From positions 21,452,001 to 21,516,000 of the forward strand of contig CM022665.1 of the NCBI GenBank assembly GCA_012295275.1: a stretch of DNA of 64,000 bases, given 5' to 3'. The translations under genes were made by a program, and so were the position numbers. Positions 13,391-28,277 of this stretch are shown here, piece after piece. A model generated the notes under the pieces. The model made no database searches, was not told the DNA's origin, and was given only the letters and a program-made list of their open reading frames with translations. Numbering within the stretch: the stretch's first letter is position 1; the number at the start of each line of letters is the position of its first letter. The stretch comes from Chrysomallon squamiferum (Eukaryota > Animalia > Mollusca).

Positions 13391-14301
13391 GCTGTGTTAA
13401 TCTGTTTTAAAATGTTTTAACGATGAGATGAACTTTAATTCACCTGGGAATCATGTAACAAGAATATGAGTTGATTTGTTTGAGTTTCACACTAAGAATT
13501 TCAAGTTTCTTTCGTTTTTTAGTTACATGCTCAGGTCTAGCATTTTAGTTTAGTATTTCATAGAACAACTAATTAATTTTGAAATACAATTTTAAAATAA
13601 TAATAATAATAATAGAAATGTATATATAGATATACACATTAAAAGAGTAGGTAATACATATTTTCTTTACTGTGTCCAAACCAATAATAAAGATAACTAT
13701 TGTTGTTCAGTCAAGTTTTTGTCGACTGGTAAAATAAATTTTTGAACAGTTTTATGATAAACCGTATTGTCATAGATAACAACTTTTGTAAATTATTTCA
13801 TTCGGCAGTTTAGTTCTCTTATATTAAAAAAATAATAATAACCATCTAAATTATATTTATTTGCAGAGTAATAATTTGTTTAAAATATTGTTTTACTGTT
13901 GTTCATTGTAGACATTTTTCCAAAGAAATAAACTATTAAACCAATGAAATCATATTTTTCAGTTATTATCTATGTTAGACTATCTATGTAAAAATCTAAA
14001 TTACATAATCATCTAAGCTTATGGGAAATTCTCAATAACTGTGTATTTAGGAATGAATATTCTGCTCTATCAGATCAAGTCTCATTATATTAATTCCGTC
14101 TGCACGAATCTAAAGGGTTTTTTGTCACAGAGAAAGAAAAATATTCGTAAAATTAACTTCGCTTTCTGCAAACCTGTTACTAAATCCATTATAAAGTAAA
14201 TATCAGCATATGAAAAATTATTCAGATTAACGTGACCCAAACTGTTTCATTCTTAGTAAATCTGGTCGAACATCTTAGCCATTTGACATCTATATTGGCA
14301 T

Positions 14302-14396
<95 letters not shown>

Positions 14397-14583
14397 TTTC
14401 TCTCTCTCTCTCTCTCTCCTCTCTGTGTGAACATTTTGTCCTGTTACGTTTTGTCATGGATTCCACTTGAACAAACCTGATTCGTGGAAGGGTTTAAAGA
14501 AAAGGGTTGAAGGTTAATGATCTTATCATTAGTAGAGTATAATCTTACAACAGTATGTACGGATAATAAAGCGGTTATTTCAG

Positions 14584-14729
14584 AAACAAGGTTACAGGAT
14601 ACGCCGAGACATTTTCCCAGCATGGCTAACAGCTGTGTGAGTGGGTGGTGCTGGTCTGGTATGACTGCAGCCTTCTTGTCCGTCGTTGTCGTCTTTTCTG
14701 TCCACTTCAAAGGTCAACGAATTGAATAA
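14584..14729 (+). CDS. Candidate terminal exon with hydrophobic C-terminus (GPI signal or TM anchor) of the micro-exon gene
   Basis: Phase-1 acceptor TTATTTCAG|AA. Reads ETRLQDTPRHFPSMANSCVSGWCWSGMTAAFLSVVVVFSVHFKGQRIE*. GC content is clearly above the flanks. Confidence 0.35.
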
Positions 14730-14730
14730 A

Positions 14731-14791
<61 letters not shown>

Positions 14792-15189
14792 GTTTTAAAT
14801 ATTTGCGACACTTATTTTTAACGTAACCTAAACATATTTAATGACGAGTTGAATTTAAAAAGTTGTATAAAATATACAAAATATACTTAGAAATGTTGAT
14901 TTTTCAAATATCACTATAAGGTAATGCCGGCTAACTTTTAAATGCTCCGTATATGTTGCATACACGGTACATGTTTTCATTCAGTATATGAAATTTTAAT
15001 ATTAATTTTTATACGTGCTGAAACAACAGAACCCTAAAAATGATAAATTAATGTCCTGTTTGAGTGATGCAGGATCAATGAGAGAGAGCTCAAAAGCTGG
15101 GACTGTCCTTTACAGAATATCGTGTCAACAGACGTTGATATGCGGATATTCAGCGTTCTTTTCACTGACTACTACTACTACTACTACTC

Positions 15190-15230
<41 letters not shown>

Positions 15231-16004
15231 GAAGATGATGATAATAATAATAATAGTAATAAAAAATAATAATAAAAACAATAATAGTAAGATGAAGAAG
15301 AAGAAGAAATAATAGTAGTAGTAATACTGTTAGTAGCAATAACGGTAATAACAATAATAATAATAATAACAACAACAATTTAAAAATACAAAATACTATC
15401 GATTTTCTCTTCATATAAAAATTAGTATTTAAAAATTGGATTTGCTGAACTCTTACATTATCTGGGTACAAATAAAGTGACAGCTAATCATGACATCCTT
15501 CTGTTTTGTGTGGAAGTTTTCAAGCTGCTATTGGCAATCTGATATATGTACACATACAAACTGTTTTTTCTAAAGCGGTTTTCATTGTTTTTCTGTTTAT
15601 TCTCAGCTCAGTCTTTCGTAAATAAAAAAGTAGGGTACAAAAGGTAAGTTCACATATACAGCTAACAAATAGCCTGGCTTACAATAACGTAGTTGTGACA
15701 CTGAAATGCCACTATCATAATCGCAAAACAGCGGAGTTGTTTTCGGCACAAATACAATAGTTTAACGGAAAGGTTAGCGTTTAGTCGTCACAGTTCATAA
15801 TCACATTCATTAAAACTGTTCATAGCCTTAGCACCATTAACTTTTAAAAATTTCATACCAGTAGCTACCTTCTAATTTGTTAATAGTTTGTAAAACTGAC
15901 TACAACCGCTTAATATAGTTCGTATTCTGTTTACCTCATATTTCGATCAACCACTGCAAAGCAAATGACGTGTTTTTAAGTATAAATTTTAATTTTAATT
16001 TTAG

Positions 16005-16185
16005 GAATTATGCTGCAATTATCACACGTCCGTATGAAGTTAGATACGATCCATATACTCAGTCTGTGCAGAAGCTGAACAACAAGGACATGTTACACTG
16101 CGTGGCACGTAACCTCAAAGGAGAACTCGAAGTACTCCAACACGCCATCGATCGGATACAGTCGTTTAACCTCGACTCCCGATGA
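16005..16185 (+). CDS. Orphan terminal exon of a biopterin-dependent aromatic amino acid hydroxylase (TH/PAH/TPH family)
   Basis: TTTTAATTTTAG|G AAT TAT GCT GCA gives (R)NYAAIITRPYEVRYDPYTQSVQKLNNKDMLHCVARNLKGELEVLQHAIDRI. This matches the family RPFxVRYDPYT motif plus the tetramerisation helix, with a phase-2 intron at the same Arg as in PAH. AATAAA at about 16426. Confidence 0.85.
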
Positions 16186-16578
16186 CGTCACTGGACGTAA
16201 CATCCCGGAGATATCTCATCTACGTCACTGGATATGTTTCTTATATCTCCATTAACAGACAGATACGTAGATGACGTCATGAGAAAAACATCCAAATTAC
16301 AAACATCGAGCGTATAATATGCTTATTGTTGTTTGCTATAATATTATTATCATAGTTTTCTTTTAAGGATAACATTTATTCATTAAAATACTAGATTGAA
16401 TTCGTAGATTTACAGAGAGTGTGTAAATAAACATTGATTTTAAATGTGATGTTTGTCTAATTGTATTCAATACACACTGCATAGCTACTTCACATACACA
16501 CCCACACATTTTCATATATTCATTTATATGTACCTATATTTACCTATATAAAAGTGTACACATTCAGATAAAACTGTT

Positions 16579-16626
<48 letters not shown>

Positions 16627-17801
16627 CACACACACACACGCACACGCACACACACATTACACACATGTTGCATATTACTATAAATATATATTTAATCTGT
16701 ATGTTATTTATAGCGGGACACAACACTAAAACCACGCATGAAACTGCCTAATAAATTCTTTACTTTAAATTAACTACACACGAAGACACGCGCACATACA
16801 TACAAACATACAGCCACATACCCTTATTATTTTACATTTATGTATATGATGTAGCTTCCTTTGAATAACCTGGAGTTGTTTTATTGTTATCATATTTTAT
16901 TATTAATAAAGAATGAGAACCACTGAACAATCGTGTCGACACATATTTGATTACATATTTTCATGGCAAATTAAATATATTAAAGCATTTGGTTTGTACT
17001 GCCATGGGTTCATTCTAGTAAGATAATCTCTTGTAAATTTACGATGTACATAATTATATGGCAGTATATTTATTCGTTAACCCACGTACCCTCTTTAACA
17101 GTAAACAAAAACTGTACGAGAAATTAATACAGATATACATGCGAGACCCCACAGTACAAAGCATTCATGACCCATTGAAATGTATATCTCTCAAATCAGT
17201 AGAAGTCTACTTTAACATAATAGGTTATAAATATATACAGCAGTATATTCAGAACAATAATAAAAGTAACTACTGGTGTTCAGTCAAGTGTTTGTTCACT
17301 GGTAGAATTTTCTTGAACAGTTTTACGATACATTGTAAAAAGTATTATTTTAGTGTTGTTCATTGTAGAAAACTGTAACAAGAAATAAAATAGTTTGAAA
17401 AAATAAAAATGTCGTGTTCTTATGTTACGAATGATATATTTCTATGTTATTATTTCCCTCATCATTATCATAATTATTATTATTATTGTTAACAAAATTA
17501 ACATTATTATTGTAATTGTTGTTGCTATTGTTATTATTATTATCGTTATTGTTATTGTTGATACTTGATGTACCTTACATACATTACTGAATAGTGTGCG
17601 TGTGCGTGTGTGTGTGTGTGAGAGAGATAATAAATTATATGATCACGCTAACTAACTTTATGTATTTGTTTGTTTGTTATTTTAAGTGTTTTACAATTAC
17701 AGTTAAAATGGTTTTATTTTATAAATCACAAATGATTATGAGGATGGGGAAACCGGCCTTTATAAAAAGCTAAGTTCTTTATTTATTTTTCTTATTTTCT
17801 T

Positions 17802-18001
17802 NNNNNNNNNNNNNNNNNNNNNNNNNNNNNNNNNNNNNNNNNNNNNNNNNNNNNNNNNNNNNNNNNNNNNNNNNNNNNNNNNNNNNNNNNNNNNNNNNNN
17901 NNNNNNNNNNNNNNNNNNNNNNNNNNNNNNNNNNNNNNNNNNNNNNNNNNNNNNNNNNNNNNNNNNNNNNNNNNNNNNNNNNNNNNNNNNNNNNNNNNNN
18001 N
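17802..18001. other. Assembly gap (200 N)
   Basis: Run of N. Confidence 0.99.
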
Positions 18002-20909
18002 AATATGAGCATTTTTTTTTGTAGAATAAAATATAATTTATTTAGAAAGATACATATAAACAAAACTAGATAAAATAATTAATTAAATAAAATTTAATTT
18101 AAAAATTATCAAATGCTTTCTACACTGTTAACTTAAATCTTGTTAGGCATAATACAGGTTTCAGTTTCACAAAAGAAAAGAGTAACACGGAAATATTTTA
18201 TAATGTTAGTAACAAAAAGCTAAATATTTTAAATATTTGTCTTAGTACTTACTCTATACACTCCTAAGTTACCGAGAAAAATATTCAAGAAGTGGGCGAC
18301 ACAAACGGGTCAATATTTGTGACCTTTTTCGTTGTCGCTCCTAACAAATACAAAAAGAATGTCGATTTGAAGGTAGTCAAATGTGTAATTTTTATTTCAT
18401 ATATTGGTCCTGTTATTCATCTCCTTTCAAGTAAATCCAATGTGCTTTTTACATACGTGTTTGTACTGAATGAAATCGACTAGAAAAGCTTCGATATGTG
18501 CTATGAAACTTGGAAGAAAAATTAAAATTAGTTTCATTAATATCTCTTTACTGGATGAAGAAAACATTGAAATGTTTATTAACTTACCTAAATTCCTAAT
18601 CAGATGACTTATGTAAATGACAGCTCAAACATACTGATAAACACATCGATTTTTTCCTTTGATTTTTCTCGAACGTGACCGGAAATATTTTTAGTCGTAA
18701 AATAGAGGTTTCGGTTTCAGAAAAAAAGAAAAAAGAACACGGAAATATTTCCCAATGATATCAAAATAAAGCTGACAATTTTAAATGTTTGTCTGAACAC
18801 TCACTCTATACACGATACTGAAGAAGGGTGATAATGAGATACTTCAGTGTTTGCGACCTTTTGGTTGTCGTTTATAATAAATACAAAAAAAACGGTTGTT
18901 TTCTCTTTTATCTGAATATAATGAAATATGTTAATAAATATTTCAAACACTGGTCATGTTATTAAACTCTTTTCACTAAATTAAATCGAAGGTCTAAATT
19001 AAATCGTTATTAGCTGTGAAAATTTACACAGTGTAAACAAGGAAGTAATGTTGAAATCAGTTTCATACATTTAAAAAGTATAAATATATCTACAGACATA
19101 AATGTATATTTACAGACATAAATTACCAAATATAGAAAACTGTTACTAAAATGTTCATAAACTTCTAAAAATTCCAGATCAAATTATTTCTGTAAAGAAC
19201 AGCTCAAGTTCATCGGTGAATTAAAAACTGACAACAAAATATTTATGGATGGTCACTACGTCGTAACGATATAAATAAACTTAGCAAACCATTGAACTGC
19301 TCATAATCTTAGCCACAAATCTTTTCATTTTTTATTTGTTTCTTTGTTTATATATTTCATTTCATTTATTTATTGATGTGTTTTATTTTATTTTATTTAT
19401 TTACAGTTTGTTGAATAAAATGCATTTTTTTCTTATAGTAAAAGTAAACAAAATATTACTAGGTACATTGTTTACACGACAAACTTTCCCATATAACAAC
19501 TTCCTATGCCTTATGCCTTAATAAGACCAACTAAGATTTGAATAAACAATTTCTAAATATTGTTATTTTTATATTAGTTCCATTTTTATTACTTTAACTT
19601 ACTCTTCATAAATCTAGAAATATTTTCTGATAGACAGATACAAACATTTATAATATTTTCATGTACTCAGTAGACTAAAATAATAATATTAAAATATATT
19701 TCTTTAATTACAGTACAAATACACTAATATTTATTAATATTAGAGTATTCTATATTTTATTTTATTTGAATATTCTTGTTATTAAACAGCGGTCAATTTG
19801 GAATCTTTGGATTTTTCCTATATATTATACATAAAACCAACTCTGACAGGAATAAAACTGATCTAAATGGTGGCACATAACAAAAACTGATTCTGTATAA
19901 TATTCTTAATATACAGAGTCGACTTGCAAAACTGTAAACTTTTCATTTTGTGTCTAACAGTAACTTTTGTTATCGCCCTGTGAAAACTGGTGCAAAGTTT
20001 TACTGATACGCTCTCATAAATAAATAAATAAAAATTATTTCTAAATTATAAGATACCAGTAGAATTTCGACATATTCGTAGGTATATTTTCTTGTCTTTT
20101 CTTTTTGTTTGTTTGTTTGTTTATTAGTTTGTTTTTACATTTTATTCTTAGCTAACTGATTTGTCTTGTATATTTTACTGTAAAATTCCGAAACAAGGAG
20201 TTTTCTGAGATCCCTATCATTTTCAGAGAATTTATGAAATCATTTTTCTTTCACTTGGATATTTGGTAACTTCATTAAAATCAGTATAGTCCATGACCTA
20301 GGCATCTAAGTTTTGAGTTTGTGTAACAAACTGATGAAGATATCCTGTTTTTATAAATAATAATAATAATAATAAACAAATAAATAAATAAGTAATAATA
20401 ATAGTAGTAGTAGTAAAAATAAATTTAAAAATGTCCATTGACATTTTTAACTGAAATGTCAGGAATAGTAGGTCTTCAATTCTAAAAACAGAGCTTTCAG
20501 TTTCACGAAGGAGAGAAAAAAAAAAGAAACACTTTATAATGTTAGCAACATAAATCTAATAATTTTAAATATTTGTCTTAACACTTACTTACTCTGTACA
20601 CGTCTAACAGTTATTGAGAACCATATTCAAGAAGTGGGAGCCACAAATCTTTGTGACCTTCTCGTTTTCGCTCGTAACGAATACAAAAGAAAATCATTTT
20701 TCTCTATTACATGAATATAGTAAAACAGGATAAAACGTAATCATTATTTAAAATACTAGTTTTAATATTAAACCTTTCTTAAAACTAAATCCAAGGTCTA
20801 TGCATGTTTCACATGAGTCAATGAATTTAATAAAATCGACGAGAAAAGCTTCATTATTAGCTGTGAAAATGTTAACAATGTTAATCAAGTAGGTAAAGTC
20901 AAAAATTGC

Positions 20910-20948
<39 letters not shown>

Positions 20949-21349
20949 GTATACAAAAAGGCTGTGCAGTCATGTCGAGATTCTTATTGTGAAGGCGTGC
21001 TTTTATTTTAAACTTCATGATCACAAATAACAGTTTTGACAGTGGTTCACAATACTGTCAAAACCTATCACAGATTCCTTTTGTGTCAGGATTAAAGTTT
21101 GATCAAAGTTTTGACCTGTACGTACTAACGGCGCACTGACACAGCTATTATGTTGGCCCGCTTTTATCGGCGTGTTTTTGTAGGTGTGCCTTTTACTGCA
21201 TTTTTAACCTTGTCACAAATAACAGAGGTTTCAGTTTCACAAAAGAAAAGAAGTACACGGAAATATTTTATAAAGTTAACAACGTAAAACTAATAATTTT
21301 AGACGTATTTGTGATTTTGTGTGTGTTTGTGATTTTGTGTGTGTTTGTG

Positions 21350-21421
<72 letters not shown>

Positions 21422-24400
21422 TGTCTGTGTGTTTTATAATAATAATAATAATAATAATATGCATACTTTGCTTCACCTAACTTTTGAAACAAATGGTTTG
21501 TAGACTTTCATAAAAATAACTTGACTTTTTACATCGTTTTATGAATCTAACAATAACTGCAATAACATCAGCAACAATAACAGTAATAATAACAATAATA
21601 ATAACAGTAATGACAACATCAATAATATAACAGTAACAACAACACAATAATAATAATAATAATAATAACGAAAACAATAGTAAAGAAAAATATAGCATAA
21701 GAAAAAAAAAGAAGACGAAGAAAAGAAAACTAACTAACGAGATAAATAAATAAAGTACAATGAAATAAATCTACAATATACCTACAGTGGCACGTTCTGT
21801 GTATCTTGTTGTTTCACTTAGAACGCAACTCCGTCCTTCAGATTTGTGAATCAAATGAAATAAGATTTTTGTAAATTTTAATTCTGTTGACACGAACTCA
21901 TTTAAAATATCATTTTCTAGGACGTAAAATTCTTCAATATTTCTATCTTCAGATTTTGTTGTGACATTCCGATATTGGGCTATGCGATGTGTCTAATGTT
22001 TTTTTGTAAACCTATACTTTTCTAATAACATACCGTGACATCTTCTATTTTCATTAAGATCAGTATCTCTGTCATAGAAGTTTAATATGTTAAAACGTAA
22101 TTATTATTTCAAATACTGGTCATGTTATTAAACTCTGTAACTAAATCCAATGTCTAAGTATGTTTTACATGACTCACTGAATCCAACAAAATGGACGAGA
22201 AAAATTTCGTTAATAGCTGAGAAATTTTATACAACGTAAACAAGGAAGTAATGTTAAATTAGTGTCATACATTTAAAAAATATAAATATCTCTGCAGAGA
22301 TAAATGTATATTTATAGACATAAATAACTAGATAGAGAAAACTGTTAATATTTTTTTTTGTAAACTTACTTAAATTCCTAGTAACATTATTTCTATAAAG
22401 AACAGCTCAAACTCTTCGATATATTAAAAACAGAAAATAAAACGTATACGGGTTGTCTCGTAATGATTACATGTCTGAATTTACGTGTACAAAATCAACT
22501 TGGTAACATTCCAGAAATCTAACTGCTGTTTAGAATAATCTCATAACTTAGGCTACAACCATTTTTCATTTTATTACTTTTTTTTATTTATTTATATATT
22601 TTTTTTTTTTTTTTGAAAACATTCTATTTTGTTCTAGTAAAAGTTAACTAAATATTATTCATCAGAAAAATTTGATACTCTAGACAACAAACATTTATTT
22701 TAATTTTATTTCTTTGTTTATATATTTCATTTCATTATTTATTTAAGTATTTTATTTATTAACTTATTTATTTATTTATTTATTTATTCTACTTAACTAA
22801 ATATTAATCGTACTACAACCAGCTTTATTGTTTAAATGTGAACTTTTTTTGCCTTAATGAAAGTTCTTATTATAATATTACTTATATTTGTATTACTTTA
22901 ACTTTCTCTTCATAAATGTAGAAAGGTTTTCTGACAGACAAATATAAATATTTGTGATATTTTCATGTATTTCATACTCAGTGGACTAATTTGAAACGTA
23001 TAAAATATAATAATATGTTACTTTCATTACAGTAAATACACTTATCTTTATTTATATTACAGAATTGCAGTTTCTTTTCTTTAAATACACTTGCTATTCA
23101 ACAGCGATTAAATCTTCGGATTTTCTTATATATTATACATAATACCAACGGCGACAGGAATAAAACTGATCTAAATGGTAGAACAATAACAAGAACAGAT
23201 TATGTATGATAGTCTGAATATATAGAGCCCAGTTGCAAAGCATTAAACTGTGTGTATTGTGTCCCATAAATATACATAAAATGTACATGTCTATAAATTA
23301 TAATAAACCATTACATATATAATTCTAATAATGTAAATTTCTCGTATAAGTATGTACTATGTTCTCGAACGTTACTGGAAATATTTTCGTCATAAATATA
23401 AGTTTCGGTTTCAGAAACGAAAGAAATAACACGGAAATATTTTATAAAGTTAGCAACATAAATCTAATAATATTAAATATTTGTTTTAGCATTTACGCTA
23501 TAAACTCCTATAAAATGATATTCAAAAGTCTAGGGACAGAAACGGGTCAACATTTATGACCTTCAGCTATTGTTTGTAACAAATTATCTGAATATAATAA
23601 TATATGTTAAAACCTAATTAATATTTCAAACACAGGTCATGTTATTAAACTCTTAACTAAATCCAAGGTCTACGTGCCTATTACCTATAAAATCGAATGT
23701 TTTACGTCACTCACTGAATCGAATAAAATCGACGAGAAAAGCTTCGTTATTAGCTGTGAACATTTACACAACATAAAAAATCAGTTTCATACATTTCCAA
23801 AAAACATAAATCTATCTACCGAAATAAATATATATTTACAGGCATAAATTATTACAGAAAACTGTTGTTAAAACATTTATAAACTTACTTAAATTCCTAG
23901 TAACATTGTTTCTATAAAGAACAGCTCAAACTCTTCGATATATTAAAAAAATAGACAACGCAATGTATACGGGTTGTCTCGACCTCGTAACGATCACGTT
24001 TTCAAATTACGTGTACAAAAGTCATATAAATAAACTTGTTAACATTCCAGAAATCTAACTGCTATTGAGAATAATCTCATAACTTACTAGATAAATAAAC
24101 AGTTATTCAATTTTGTGTAAACGTACCTAAATTCCGAATTAAATTATTTCCATAAAGAACAGCTCGGACGCATCGAAATATTAGAAGTAGACAACAATCT
24201 GGGTCGTTTCTATGTCGTAACGATCACGTGACTGAAATTACTTGTACCGAGATATAAACTTGGCGACTTTGAACCGCTAATAAGAAAAATATCATAATCG
24301 AGTTAACAAACATTATTTAATTTAATTTAATTTAATTTAATTTAATTTAACTTAACTTCACTTATTTATTTATTTATTTATTTAGTTATTGATTTATTTA

Positions 24401-27400
24401 TAATCTGTTGAAGACATTGTATTTTATTCTAGTAAAAGTTATTTAAATATTATTCATATTACAACTAGGTATATTGTTTACATTGCAAACTTTCTCCTAT
24501 AGTAACTTCCTTTGTCTTCTGCCTTATTAAGACCAACTCAGTTTATTTTCTTTGAATACTGTTGCTATTAAACAGCGGTCAATTTGGAATGTTTGGATTT
24601 TCCTGTACATTGTCCACAAAACCAACTCTGACATGAATAAAACTGACATAACTGGTAGCACATTGACAATAACTGACTCTGTGTAATATTCTAATACACA
24701 GAGCCGACTTCCAAAACAGTAAACTGTTTATATTGTGTTTAATAGCACTTTTTGTTACCGCACTATGAAAACTGGAATAAAGTTTCAACGATACCCTCTG
24801 ATAAATAAATAAAAGAAAAGACATATTTAAATTGTAAGATACCAGAAGAATTTGACGATTTTCTCGAATGCATCATGATCTAAATGTTAGCACAACAACT
24901 ACGACAGATTCTGCATAATATTCTGAATACACAGAGTCCAACTGCAAAACTGTTGTGTTTATACTGTGTCTAACAGCAACTTTTGATACCGCCCAGTAGA
25001 AAAAGATTTAGAAATGTGTATTCAAATCTGGGTACATTTTATTCAGGCATATAGGAAAATAATATACAAGAACGTTTGTCATGTAAATGAAGTAGTTAGT
25101 TGTAATTTAAATAAAAAATATGCATATTTTAGTAGAAGAAATATAATTCATATAAATAAACAAACAAAACTAAATAAAATAACTAATTAAATAAAATGTA
25201 ATTAAAAAATCAAATAAGACATGTATTATATATATATTCTTAATTAAAAAAAAAAATAAAAATAAAAATAAAAATAAAAGTAAAAATTACCAAATGTTTT
25301 CTACATTTTTAACTTAAATAATATAATATTAGTAACAAAAAGATAAAAGTTTTAAATATCTGTCTTTACACTTACTCTGTACACTCATAACAAATACAAA
25401 AGAATGTCGTTTTCTCTATTATCTGAAGATAATTAAAATTTAATGTAATAAAATACTGGTCTTGTTTTAAACTCTTTTTTTTTTTGTTGTTGTTATTATT
25501 AGTTTATAACTAAATCCAAGATCAACGAATGTTTTACGTCACTCACTGAATCGAATAAAATCGCCTAGAAAACCTTCATTATTAGCTGTGAATATTTACA
25601 CAACGTAAAACAAGAGTGTAAATTAAAGTCGGTTTCATATGTTTTAAAAAATATTATATATACAGACATGAATACTGGATAGAGAAAACTGTTATTTAAT
25701 CATCTATAAACTTATCTAAATTCCTAATCACATTATTTCTATAAAGAACAACTCAAACACATTGATATATTAAAAAAAAGACAACAAAAGTTATGTTCCC
25801 GAAGTGTCTTTCAGTAATCAATAACGAATGTCTCGAAGGTCTGTTTATGAATATCATTTACGTGACTACGACTTCACTGTATTAACTGCAAGTCCAAACC
25901 AATGATGACACGCACTGCGCATGTCCTTGTCTAACAGGGCTTTGTTAGTTGATCAATACAGTTCTGATTAATAATGTCTGAGATCCTTTCGTCTTTTGTG
26001 GAAAATACAAGTTTCGGTTTCAGAAAAGAAAGAAATGACACGGAAATATTTTATAATGTTAGCAACATAAATCTAATAATTTTAAATGTTTATTTTAGCA
26101 CTTAGTCTATAAACTCCTAACTATTATCAAAAACGATATTCAAATAGTCTAGGGACAGAAATGGGTCAACGTTTCCGAACGTCTGGTTGTCGTTTGTAAC
26201 AAATACAAGACAAGGTAGTTTTCTCTACTATCTGAATATAATAAAATGTGTTAAAACGCAATTATTATTTCAAACACTGGTCATGTTATTAAACTCTTTA
26301 TCTAAATTCAAGGTCTACGTGTTTTTTACGTGAATGTTTGAATCGAATAAAATCGACGAGAGAAATTTTCGTTATTAGCTGTGAAAACTTACACAGTGTA
26401 AACAAGTAAGTAATGTGAAAATCAGTTTCATACATTTAAAAAGTATAGATACAAATAGAGAGATAAATATTTATTTACGGACATAAACTGCTAGATACAG
26501 AAAACTGTTATTAAAATGTTTATCAACTTACCTAAATTCTTAATCACGTTATTTCTGTAAAGAACGGCTCGAACACATAGATATATTAACAACAGACAAC
26601 AAAACGTATCTGGGTCGTCATTAGGTCGTAACGAAGTACAAAGTGACATAAACTTGGCGACTTTCCACTGAACCGTTGATAAGAAAAATCTCATAATCTA
26701 GGGAGCATATATTATCTTATTTATTTATTTATATTCTGCTGAATACATTACATTTTATTCTAGTACAAGTTAACTAAATATTAATAGTATCACAAATAGG
26801 TATACTGTTTACATCATAAACTTTCTTGTGCCTTAATAAGACCAAACCAGATTTAAAATAAAAAAAGATTTTCTAAATGTTGTTATTATAATATAATTTC
26901 ATTTTTATTACTTTAACTCACTCTTGACAAATCTAGAAAGATTTTCTGAGATACAAATATAAATATTTGTAATATTTTCATGTACATTATACTCAATGGA
27001 TTAATTTGCCACGTATAAAAAATAACGATGTTAAAATATATCATGTATTTTCATTAGAGTAAGATTACATTGAACTTTATTTCTATTACAGCTTTCTATT
27101 TCATGTTCTTTGAATACTCTTCGTTTTAAAACGCGGTGAACATGGAATTTTTGGATTATCTTAAACACTGTCCATAAAACCAGCTCTGACACGAATAAAA
27201 CTGATCTCAATGGTAGCACAATAACTGATTCTGCGTAATATTCTCAATACACAGCGTCCACTTGATTAGACTCTAAACTGTTTGTGTTGTGTTACCTGCA
27301 CTTAGAAAAATAACACAGGTTTCTTATAAAAAGAAGGAAACAAATATGAGAAAAGTTTTATTACTTAGGCGCAAACATTATTTATTTATTTATTTATATT

Positions 27401-28195
27401 GTGGTTTTTTCTTTTTCTCAAATATAGAAAAAGATGAACTTATGCTCTTATTTACATTAAGAACGTTTCTTGACTTTTGATTGAAAACTTCATTTCATCT
27501 ACATTTTCTAAGTTACAGACTGGTACCGCGTACAGATTCATTATTTTTTTATTGTTTTTCTTTTTTCCTTTTACTTATTTAGCAAAGAATTAATAATAAT
27601 AAGTTATTAAATTTCCACTCTCCTTCATCTTTTTTAAATTGACTAAAGTTTAAATTTAAAAGTACAACCGAGAGGACCAAGTGGTAACTATTTTCTGTTA
27701 CACTTTTTGTACATCAGATTGCTAGATAATAAGTCTAGTATAGCTTTTTAAAAGTTATTTTTTCTTGTTATTGATATTCTTTTTTTATTTTTTCCTTTTT
27801 TTTTTATTTGAGAAGATTAGAATACAGTTTTCTGAATAGATCTTTTAAATCGTGTACTTTCAAGTTCTTAGTAATTTTTTGTTGTGATTTCAGATGGTTT
27901 ATAGGTAAGTAAATTTGTATAGCTAGTAATCAAATTAAAATCGTCACATATCATATATTATTTTGTTGAATTGTTCAGTATTGTGTAAAATAATAAAAAA
28001 AAAAAAGTTTGTTTAAATTAGAACTACATATATTCGCAATGGTATTCTGTCCTTATTATATGTATTGCAATTTTAACTTGTTTTAAAAACATTGGTTGAT
28101 TATTTTTCATTTCGACATTTCCTCCAACGAAAGAAAGTTAAAAAGGAAGAGGAACAAAATAAAATAAACACGTTTCTTGTCCAAGTATTAAAGTA

Positions 28196-28277
<82 letters not shown>

